Positions 25,250-35,315 of a stretch of 64,000 bases of DNA are shown in pieces (position 1 is the stretch's first letter; every line of letters starts with the position of its first letter). The stretch lies in the NCBI GenBank assembly GCA_002269645.1, contig NIVC01001449.1, positions 1 through 64,000 of the forward strand, given 5' to 3'. Below the pieces are notes generated by a model that saw nothing but the letters and a program-made list of their open reading frames with translations, was not told where the DNA came from and searched no databases. The stretch comes from Macrostomum lignano (taxonomy: Eukaryota). Position numbers and translations under genes: made by a program.

Positions 25250-27172
25250 TCATCTATTTATGTGGCCAAGAAACTTCAAACTGGGTGCTTCCATGATGCA
25301 CTTTGCTTCATTGACTTTAACATTTGCCGCTCTCAGCTTGTCGAGTATTCCTGTGCGAATGTTCTCCAGCTCTGCCTTCGTCACCGCGCCCATGAGGACG
25401 TCATCGTGGTACACAATGACACCTGGATGTTCGCCTAGCAGCTTCTCCATCTCACGCTGGAACACAGACGGAGAGACCTTGATGCCGTACGGCAGCCTAT
25501 TGAAGCGATAACAGCCAAATGGAGTGTTGATGGTGGTGATGTCTTTAGACTCACTGTCCAGCGGTATTTGATAATAGGCATCAGAAAGGTCAAGACGGCA
25601 AAACAGCTTCTTGTTGGCCATCTTGGAAAACGCTGTCTCTATTGATGGAGTCAGGTATGTCTGATCCTGCACCCACTGATTGACTGCTGTGTAGTCTCCG
25701 CAAATCCTCACTGACGCCTTGTCTGACTTCACCGTCACCACAATCGGGCTGCCCCACTCCGACGATGTCACTCTCTCGACTATTCCCGCCTTGTCCATCA
25801 AGTCCAGCTCCTTTTTTACTAACGGACGCAGCGCCAATGGCAGCTCTCTGGCTGGCTGGAAGATCGGCCCGGCTCCTGTCTTCAACCGAATCTCTCCGAC
25901 TGCTCCCTTAATACCCAGTAAGCTCTCATACCTGTTGCTGCTGGGTGCCTTGGCCTCATCAGAATGGTGAGCTGGCAGCGAGTTGAGCAAATCCCGGCCT
26001 AGCAGTCCAAACTTTTGCTGGCAGTCGATGACAGGCAACTCAGCGGCAATGAAGCGACCGTCCGTGCCGTCAGTCTCCACCAGGCACTCCAGGTTGCCGA
26101 GCTGCTTCATCACATGACCGTCGTAGGCCAGCATCCGGGACTTCGCCGATTTCAGTGGCGGTCTGCCAAGATCTTCCCAGATCTTTCTTGATATCAGCGA
26201 GCACGCCGCACCGCTATCCTTCTCCATCTTCACCTGCTTGCCGTTGATCTTGACCATGCAGAAAGCAGCCGGGGTGCCCTCACCGCAGTAGAAGACGGGC
26301 TCATAAGTGGTAGAATCTGCAGACATTGCTTTTTCTGCAGCGAAGTGAGTTTTGGCGCTCCTGCAGACTCGGGCGAAGTGTCCGAGTTTTCCGCACTGAC
26401 GACAGGTGGATTTCAGCGCCCAGCAGTCAGTTGGCTTGCGATGAGACTTCTGGCCGCAGCGCTGGCAGATCTGGCTTCCACTCACATTCGGTCTCGACTT
26501 CTCCACCGCATTGACACCGGCCGCGTCTTCGAGGTCCCGGCGTGGCGCATCGTGGCTAGGCGCCGTCTGGTGCACCGCTGAACCAACTTGAGCCTGGCCT
26601 AACGCAGTCAGCGGCCCAGTCAAGAAGGTGCTCACCATCTGTAGCTGCTGCACATAGTCTGAAATCTGGTCCACCGAAAGCTCCGACGAAACCTCACGTT
26701 CGAGCACTTTGCTTCTGATGTCCTGATTGCTGAGGCCAGCAATCAGTCGCATTTTGATCAGCTGCTCTGCTGGGTTCGCACCCTCGTCCTTTAGCTTCTC
26801 GAACTCACACACCACTGCTTGTTCTCGAAGACGGACAGCGAAGCCGGTGATGCTCTCACCCTCGCCCTGGCACATGGACATGAAGGCCGCCCGCTCCGAA
26901 ATCAGCAGCCTTTTCTGGGGTTCCAGAAATCGAATCAGGCACGCTTTGATGTCGGCCCACTTCATCTTAGAAAGCTGGCTCGGTGCCACCAGCTGCTTCA
27001 CTTTGATTAGCTGAGCCACGCCCAGACAGCCCAGAAAAGCGTCTGTCAGTGCCAGGTTGCCGTCGGTGTCCTGCACTCCTTTTGACCTCGCTTGAGCATC
27101 GAAGACTTCGACCCATGCCCGCAGCTCTTCAACGCTTTCCAGTGGCAGTGGGTCTCGTAGCTTGATAGACAT
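25250..27172 (-). pseudogene. gag-pol: Element A gag-protease-RT (5' part of polyprotein)
   Basis: ATG at 27172 (MSIKLRDP); two Cys/His knuckles CQRCGQKSH...CRQCGKLGHFARVC; protease DSG (MEKDSGAACSLI); RT YHDD; +1 frameshift in 'CAC ATA A ATA GAT' just before the nested insertion. Confidence 0.9.
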
Positions 27173-27863
27173 GCATGCAATCCTGCTTGCGACGCCAAAA
27201 TGTTGGAAATGACAAGCTAAGGCGAGCAATTGCTATGAGACGAGAAAACGATAGCTCTGAGCCAATGCTCCGTGTGAAACTATTTATTATCAACGATAAA
27301 GCACGAACCCGCGACAACCCCCCAACCCAGGACTAAAACTCACCGCACTGCACATCAGAGCACGATGACAATAATAATTTGATACGTACACTCAGACTGA
27401 ACAAAAGTACAAGCACCAGTGAAATAAGCAATCAAATAATAAACAGTGCGAAGCCCCGCCCAAGCCTAACAGTAGGTTTAATTAGCGGGAGTGAGGTAGG
27501 TTTGTCAGGAGTGAATTAGGTTAAGCGGGAGTGCAGTAAGTTTAGTGGTAATGACATAGGTTTGGCAGGAGTGAAGTATAAGATAGGATATGAGAGCTAA
27601 TGAAATCGTAAGAGTGAATTGTAGACTTGGCGAGAGTGAATTAGGGACCCGATGAAACCGGTGCCTAGGCCAAGAAGCGCCCCAGAGTCGCTGGAAGTAA
27701 CGGAGGTAAGAAGGAAAGAAGAAGGCGAATCTAAACATACGACGGTACGGTACGGTATGTCACGGTACACGTCGTCAAAGAATCGCCCAAGAGAGTCAAG
27801 CGAGTCTGGGGCCGTAGATTTATATCCGAGGCGTGCTAGAGTAACTGAATGACAGTTCTCTAG

Positions 27864-28373
27864 TGACTCATCTCTAATGAGTTGCGTCTAAAGAGCATCT
27901 GCGTCAGCGTCACTATGAATTAGAATTGCATTTCGCATTTATAACAGCTCTATTTAGTCTACTTCAGTTACAGTAGTAGAAAGTCCAGCGCTAACTAACA
28001 CGACTCTTAGGCGACTTTTAAACGACTGACTGGACTGTACTACTGTAATCGTAAGGGTCGCGAAAAAAGTTACGACACTCGCCCCAGAGAGTCGCTAGAG
28101 TCACTAGTGATGTGTTTGCAATGACTAGCGACTCTTGTCACGTACGCTTAATGTACGAGAATTCTCGATGGTGGAGCTGATGTTGAGTTAGTACTCTCAG
28201 TTGACAAGTCTGCAGTTCTGTAGACTGTTAATCACATTGTAATGCACTACTAAGTAACATTCTAAAAAACCAATTTAAAACACGCAATCTACTTTTGAAT
28301 GAGTCATAATGAGTCATATCTATTTTTAGAATATCCATTTTAGAATGAGTCATGTGCAAATAGAAGTGACTCA
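27864..28373. promoter_or_regulatory. Cluster of five perfect AP-1-type TGASTCA sites
   Basis: Sites at 27864, 28300, 28310, 28346 and 28367; the sites are seen, their function is inferred. Confidence 0.4.
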
Positions 28374-29038
28374 GAACCCTACGTAGGACCAACGTTTATT
28401 TGATCAAGAACCTGTTCTCAGAAGTTGAATTTGCTTAATTCCATATATGGTTATGATCAAACATTCATGACCCCTTAATCAAACACGCACGACCTAAGTA
28501 AATAACCGATTTTAAACCAGTTTTTCACCAAAATTTTACGATAAATATAAGCGAAAATCCAAGTCAAAAATTCAGACTCGGTGCGGTCTCAAAGAAGACT
28601 TTGTAAGACGTTAACAAAGAAGACCCATCTCTGAGAGATGAAATCCTGACCAATTGATAAGCGTTCACCCAAAGATATATAAAATCTATGCGTTTACCTG
28701 ATTTAGTTCCTTGCTACTAGCGCTAATAAGTTGATTAATTAAGTTTACGAGAGCCGTTCGTTGTCGACACATTTAAGAAAGGCATTGTTTCCTAGGATAT
28801 ATTCCTAGAGGATTTATTGATTGATTTGAGTTATCCGTTACGTTTTGGACGTAACGAAGAAGACGCCCTTCAGGAGGACTACTGCAGAACTCAGAGAATT
28901 CAATTTTTCATTAGGGCGCACGTTCTATTGTTAATTCCGAGCTCAAGGACCGTCACGAATTCTGATTCGCTCTCGTTTTGGTCGACCCACAAATAAAGTT
29001 AAGGACTCACGGAAGCAACCGTTCACCGAAACCGGACG

Positions 29039-29305
29039 CTACCACAGCTCAGTCAAGCCAGACAGCGCTATACACCTTACACGACCCAGACGTCTGCAAA
29101 CTACAAGAGGAGCCGCTCCAGTAAGAGTTATTTGATTTTGCATATACCTAGGCACTAGTTCCACAGTGTCTGTGCATACAACGTCCCAGAGCAGATTGTC
29201 TCGGCCATCATGGCAACGTACGTACCGTGATCCGAAAGTTGCCATTTCAAGGTCAGGCGGCGTATCGGACTTTTTCGAGACCTGGGGGACTCCAGGGAGA
29301 TTCAC
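29039..29305 (-). pseudogene. Possible decayed restriction-like-endonuclease (CRE/R2-type) non-LTR fragment
   Basis: PPD...GRDNLLWDVVCTDT...RY...GAA resembles RPD...GxxLxWDxTCxDTxAxSY...GAAA; weak match by eye. Confidence 0.3.
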
Positions 29306-29399
29306 TCGCGACGTTTTTTGCTCGTTCTGAAGCTTGACTGGGTGCTGCCGGACTGCTCTTTCTACCGACTACGACGACTTTCTGCTGCGGCGACGCCTG

Positions 29400-30160
29400 G
29401 GTCGATAACAACCGGAGGCGGCTCGGTGTGCTTGGCTACGCCGACGATCTCGCTCTGCTGTTCTCAATTTTGAAGGGCGTCCAGTGACTACTGGACAAGC
29501 TGTTTGCTGTTGTGGTGGTGAGTGTCGGTATTGTGGTCAACATAAAGAAGACGGTTGTGCTCTGGGTGCTGGACGACATCGAAACCTGCAAATGGACAGG
29601 CGACGGAGCTTCCGCATTTTCAGCAGGTCTATCTACCTCGGCGGTCTGGTTCCTGGCGTCCGCAAGGATATGCGGCGTCGTCTTCGACTTTCGTTCTGTA
29701 AAGGCAGTTCTGCAGACCGAGGTCCTACCTAAACGCCAGAGGTGGTCGAGACTGTCCTGCTGTGCAACACTGAGACATGGTGCTGACGAACTGTTGCTCG
29801 CTCGAGCAACAAGTAGACGCGGCGCACGCTGGTCTGCTGCGTGCCGTCTTCAAGATTGGCGACAAGCGATCGTCACCAACGCGGCTCTCTCTGTATCGTT
29901 GCGCCGGCCTTCCCCCTTCAAGCGACCTGTTGCGCCGTCGGTGACGCCAGCTAGCAGATCACATCATCCGCGCTGAGTCGTATTGCCCACAGCCGATGCT
30001 GTTTCTGGTGCTGCAGACACCCTACCGACAGGGACATGCGCGCACTCTGCATTTCGTCGACTACCTGTTGGCTGACGCCGGCGCCCCGGATTCGGTCGGC
30101 GGCTTTGCGACCTGGCCAGAGGCGCGCCCTGTGACGCTGCCTTCTAAAGACCCGGTCATG
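29400..30160 (+). pseudogene. Degenerate non-LTR retrotransposon (RTE-like) RT / C-terminal fragment
   Basis: LGYADDLALL (YADD at 29437-29448)...Q*LLDKL...VGIVVNIKKTVV; IYLGGLVPGVRKDMRRR; LADHIIRAESYCPQP...FVDYLLADAGAPD; stops and frameshifts present. Confidence 0.8.
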
Positions 30161-30541
30161 CACTGTATTTTGTTTTTGCTGTTGTACGCCTATGGTGTAC
30201 ACTATCTGGAAAGCTGCAGCCAAGGTTGTCCCGGAACTTTGAGTTAGTTTTTCTGACTAACTTGCCGACAGCCCAGCCCCCAGTACGCATGACTTGCGCC
30301 CCTCTGATCGTTTCTGTGGAACGCGTGAATTGCTTAAAACAATACTTTGCTTTTAGCCACAGAAGATTCAAGCCAGCTCTGAGCAGCAGCCAATTTAACA
30401 TATCTATGTTTAAAAGCTCCGTCCACAACTGGATGATGGAATCAGAAGTACTTTCCAGTGGTCTACAAAGCAAAATCAAGAGAAGCCTGGCTGCATAAAC
30501 AGCTGCAATTAGTTATAAAACTCGCCTAACATTTTTACAAC

Positions 30542-31252
30542 ATGGCCGCCACTGTTGCCGCCGAATTCTCCAATGACGACGACAACTTGATGACGGCAAC
30601 GAATCGGTCAGCGACGAGCCCAGAGTTCCTGGAGCCCGCAGCTGTGGGGGTCGCCCAGCAGCAGCAGCGTTTTCTCAGCATAGTTAGCAAGGTGTCCCGA
30701 TGGATCGCCGCTTCAGACAGGCACGTGCGCTGCCTGTTCGCTGAGGACAGGTCAACGTCAACGACGGCTACTCAGCTATCGCCGTCGGTGCTTAGCGAGG
30801 CTGGTGAGCTGGAGCGGACGGCCTTGGCCGAGCGGCTTTGCAAGGACGCCGTGGATCGCGCGGCCGCCGCCCATCTGGCTCGCAATGCCGCTGCTGGCAC
30901 ACAGCAGGCAAATAACCACGGTCGGCATAGCAACTGCAGCTACCATCAGCGCCCTAGCAACAACTCCGGTCGCTATGGAAACCAAAAGTTTGAAAAAAAG
31001 CGGCGCAGCAACGAAATTTTTCCTACTGGTTACCATGGGAACCGTCGTCAAAGCAAGTTTCACCTGGACAATCGGAATACTGCAACTTCCGATGCTAGTA
31101 TCGGTTACCATGGCAACAAAAATGTTGCTAAGCATCGATCTTGCCGTGTCAGCGTGAAGCTCCTGCTCGAACTGCCATCGGAATCGAAAGTTAAAGTGCA
31201 GCCGATGAAGAAAAGTCGGCACAGTTTCTCGCTATCCAACTTCCACCTCTGA
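30542..31252 (+). CDS. Orphan single-exon ORF, 236 aa, low complexity; coding status uncertain
   Basis: ATG-initiated; GC-rich, host-like 5' half; no recognisable domain. Confidence 0.4.
   Translation: MAATVAAEFSNDDDNLMTATNRSATSPEFLEPAAVGVAQQQQRFLSIVSKVSRWIAASDRHVRCLFAEDRSTSTTATQLSPSVLSEAGELERTALAERLCKDAVDRAAAAHLARNAAAGTQQANNHGRHSNCSYHQRPSNNSGRYGNQKFEKKRRSNEIFPTGYHGNRRQSKFHLDNRNTATSDASIGYHGNKNVAKHRSCRVSVKLLLELPSESKVKVQPMKKSRHSFSLSNFHL
30969..31136. promoter_or_regulatory. Cluster of RFX X-box motifs
   Basis: GTCGCTATGGAAAC (30969-30982), GTTACCATGGGAAC (31029-31042) and GTTACCATGGCAAC (31104-31117), plus a variant GTTGCTAAGCATC (31124-31136). Confidence 0.55.
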
Positions 31253-32008
31253 TCCTAATTACCTGCCTCGGCGATAACCGATAAATTACCTATTATTTAT
31301 GACATTGTTTTCCCCGGAGAAATTACTTGCTCCAAAGGTGCAGACTGATAACTCACTTCAAACGGTTTTCCTTGACGCACTGATGTACAACTACACCGTC
31401 TCATGCAATACCTGTGTATTCAAAAGTCACGAGTTGCCCCGTGAGTAATAATTATTAATAATTTTCGTTGAATTTCCGATACGCAACGAAATTCCTAGTT
31501 GTTTGCTGTTTGTTATTTTAGCAGATTTAAATGAGTATTAGATTAGTTATAGTAAATAAGAATTTTTAGTATAGTGGACTAGCAAAATTTGCCCCCCCTG
31601 GCCTTAGGGAGCACAATTTTGTCAAAATATTTTTGCCTGGCGGAATTTTACGAATATTTGATGAGTGCTTAATGTACATAAACTTATCCATTTATTTCCA
31701 ATATTATAGCCGTCAAAAATACTCTCCGATTACTCAAGAATCTTAAACCCTTAGGCGAGAAGAAATCAGCCGAAACGAAGGCAGTTGGCTGCCTCTTCAC
31801 TGACCTAAAACCGAACCCAGGCCAAGATAACCTAAATACCAAAAATAACCATCACAAACTGCTGGAGACTTAAAAAATCAAACACGCACACACAAACATT
31901 AAGCGGGCCGGATTGCTATTGTGAAGTTTCAAAGGACCCGAGGGCCGAATAGCGAAGCTTCCCGAGCCGCATGTTGCCCGCGGGCCGGAGTTTGCCGGCC
32001 CCTGAACT

Positions 32009-32256
32009 CAGGGGCGTCGCCATGGATTTTATGGTGGGGGGACAAAGCCAGGAATTCAAAATGCACATGACTAAAATTCCTACATTTCCAATATTTTGTT
32101 GTCAGCGCTCATTTTGGCGCCCTGAAGAAAAATTATTGATCACCACAACCAGTCACAAGGTGGGGTGGGGGAGACAAAGCATTGGAATGCTCCCCCCCCC
32201 CTAAATTATTACTGGGGGTGCACATGTCCCCTGTCCCCCTGGTGGCCACGCGCCTG
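32009..32256. mobile_element. hAT-type MITE, 248 bp
   Basis: 14-bp imperfect TIR (CAGGGGCGTCGCCA / TGGCCACGCGCCTG, 12/14); 8-bp TSD CCTGAACT (32001-32008, 32257-32264). Confidence 0.85.
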
Positions 32257-33224
32257 CCTGAACTAGAGAAAATGACTCATCGCTAGAGAGACTTGGCGAA
32301 ATGCTACTAAGACATCAGCATACCCTGTGAGCTTTGGCTCTTAGTGTCTGTCTGGCTGTCTGTCTGTCTCAGCCGTTCCCCTGTGTGCCTGACATGTGCG
32401 GAATTTTGAAACTTCCTGATCGAACGGTGCAAACTTGGGAAAAATGGATTGAACCTTTTTTTTCAAAGAAAGTCAATCACATAGCTGGATAGATAAGACT
32501 TCGCTTTAAGTAAATATGTATGACAAACTGTTAGTGTTAGATTGGATGCCTTACTGTTAGATAAGGTATCTGATTGTTAGAAGATGGAATAGCAAACTGT
32601 TAGACAGGATGCCCAACTGTTAGATAGAATATGACAAACTAGACTTATAACTGTTTCTATAAATGTTTTTTAAATTGAAAGAAATAAATGTAAATAATCA
32701 ATTTTATGCTACTAAAAGTAGGATCTTTTAAAAAAAGTAATTTCTTGTCTGTAATTTTCGGCAGCCCCCAAGGTTTCATAGTGCTAATGGAAGGGAACCT
32801 GTGTTTCTTAACGATCGATGTGATAAACTCTCAATCGTTGACAAATAAGAAGTTTAAAATACTTAAAAAACTGGCATTTTACACACGCGAATGAAGTTGT
32901 GGATTAAAATTAGTACAAATGCATTTAGTTTATTGACGAAAGTATATAAAACAATAATTCAGACTATTTAAAAAAACTTTTATTTTAGTAAAAAGCAGTA
33001 CAGAGAGAAGTTTAATAAAAAAATACTTGGGACCAGCGTTTCGGTACAAAAAATTTCACTAGAAGCACCAACCTGCCAAGCCACTACCAGCTGCTTAAAA
33101 AATAATCGCTATTGATGCTATAGTTAAACGCGACAGAAAATAAGGGGTTTTTAAATACTTAGTAGTTAAAAATTTTAATGTGCTGCAATTGCGAATAATT
33201 TCCACTGACATTGAACACTGACGC

Positions 33225-34702
33225 TAGGGGGCGACCGGGACGGCCAAAGTCGGGCCCGGGTCGGGCCTCGGGAATTCGGGACAAGATCTTTAGGACAGCT
33301 CAATAATTGGAAAAAAATCATAATAAATCTTAATACTTTTAGCATATGCAGATTACTATTAAATATATAATAAATATATTAATATATTAAATCTAATATA
33401 ATATATTAAATGTATAATAAATATATGATAAACATTAAATATATTATAATATATGAATATATTAAATATATAATAATATATAAATATAATATATTATATT
33501 AAATATATAATAAATATTATTTTTATTTAATACATTAGTTAATACTTCAGAATAGATAAGAGTTACATTAAAAGACTTAATACTCAAATATCAATATACT
33601 CAATAGTTCAAATTCAATGTCACTGTGTGGCACAAGTACTGTGTGTGTGCCAGTGACAGTGACACTAACACTTAACAGGCAGTGAGGTAGGCAAGCAGGC
33701 ACTGCGGTAGTGCGGCTGGCACTGGCAGTGGCAGTAAGCAAAAAGAAGAAAAGCTGAAGCATTAAGTGTAAGGCACTTGGCATTGGAAGCAGTAAGGAAG
33801 TAAGAACCAAATCAATTGATTGATTCTTTTATTTGAATTTTTAGTTCCTTTACATAGCTTCAATATAAAGAGCCATGTACACAGTCAGTATTCAGTAAGA
33901 CAACAAGACAAGACAACAGAACAGAACACAAGTGAAGTGACAACACAACACAACACTCAACTGTCTCAACAGAACAGGCAAACAGACAATGGAAATACAA
34001 GTAATTAGCTGATACCTGCCTACCTGCTCACCTACCTACCTAAACGAATATGATTACGAATACGATACTGAGTCTACAACTACAACTACCTACGAATACA
34101 ATACAAATATGAACACGATTACAAACTCTGATAGATAGCAAACTTCTTGGAAAAATGGTAGCCTTGGCCCTTAATACGTACTTCTTGGAACGTAAATAGG
34201 AAATGTTATTTACAAAAGCTTAAAAATGACAAATCAACTTTTTAAAGAATCATATTTTTGCTTTTAGCCTGCAGCCTGCAGCGTGTAAAGTGGAATCAAT
34301 ATTGCATCAACTATGTTTTAATTTTATCTTCCTGGAAAAAATCCGATCTTCCTGGAAAGTGGAAACTGGCTGTGGCTGACGCTCACGGTCACAGACGCTC
34401 ACGCTTAGAGCCTACTACGAATCAATGATATTGCTACTTCACATCATATCATCTATTACTATTACTGCAGTCGTGCAGTGCTTGAGTCTTGAGTGCTGAT
34501 GCAATGCTTAACTGAGTGTTGTGCTGTGCTGTGAATAAAAATAATTTTATTCTTATTTGCACGCAGTTAGTGCCTTTAGGGAAAAAAGACTTGTCCCGAT
34601 TTCCCGACTTTTTTAGGGTCGGGCCCGGGCCCGGGTCGGGCCACGATTTTGGTCGGGATTCCCGACTTTTCGGGCCCGGGCCCGGGACTGGGTCGCCCCC
34701 TA
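33225..34702. mobile_element. Non-autonomous hAT-type DNA transposon, 1478 bp
   Basis: 12-bp perfect TIR TAGGGGGCGACC; 8-bp TSD ACTGACGC (33217-33224, 34703-34710); subterminal GTCGGG/CCCGGG motifs at both ends; AT-rich interior with no transposase. Confidence 0.9.
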
Positions 34703-34753
34703 ACTGACGCTACCTCTGGAAACTTGACAATGTATTTCTGTAAAATCAGTGAG

Positions 34754-35308
34754 CCTACAATCGAGTTCACCAATCCTAAAAAGTTCCCCAATCCTACAAT
34801 TGAGTTCACCAATCCTACAATTGAGTTCACCAATCCTACAATCAAGTTCACCAATCCTACAATAAGGTCACCAATCCTACAATAAGGTCACCAATCCTAC
34901 AATCGAGTTCACCAATCCTACAATCGAGTTCACCAATCCTACAATCGAGTTCACCAATCCTACAATTGAGTTCACCAAATCTACAATCGAGTTCACCAAT
35001 CCTACAATAAGGTCACCAATCCTACAATAAGGTCACCAATCCTACAATCGAGTTCACCAATCCTACAATCGAGTTCACCAATCCTACAATCGAGTTCACC
35101 AATCCTACAATCGAGTTCACCAATCCTACAATTGAGTTCACCAATCCTACAATTGAGTTCACTAATCCTACAATCGAGTTCACCAATCCTACAATCGAGT
35201 TCACCAATCCTACAATCGAGTTCACCAATCCTACAATAAGGTCAACAATCCAACAAAAGAATCCAACAAATCTACAACCGAGTTTACCTATCTCTAATCG
35301 AGTTCACT
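34754..35308. repeat. 21-bp minisatellite (CAATCCTACAATCGAGTTCAC) immediately 3' of the PBK stop codon
   Basis: About 25 copies; explains the VNSIVGL-repeat ORFs. Confidence 0.95.
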
Positions 35309-35315
35309 ATTAGAG

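Larger units (their letters stand above)
18652..27471 (-). mobile_element. Ty3/gypsy LTR retrotransposon A (Mag-like), interrupted by nested element B
   Basis: LTRs at 18652-18923 and 27201-27471 (TG...CA; 2 substitutions + 1 indel seen); 5-bp TSD GTAGG (18647-18651, 27472-27476); PBS TGGCGTCGCAAGCAGGAT (27197-27180, tRNA-Ser-like 3' end); PPT-like TTTGTGGGGAGCAG next to the 3' LTR; domain order PR-RT-RH-IN. Confidence 0.95.

Noticed and set aside
34576-35228. VNSIVGL-repeat ORFs
   Set aside because: Translation of a 21-bp minisatellite, with no ATG or splice support
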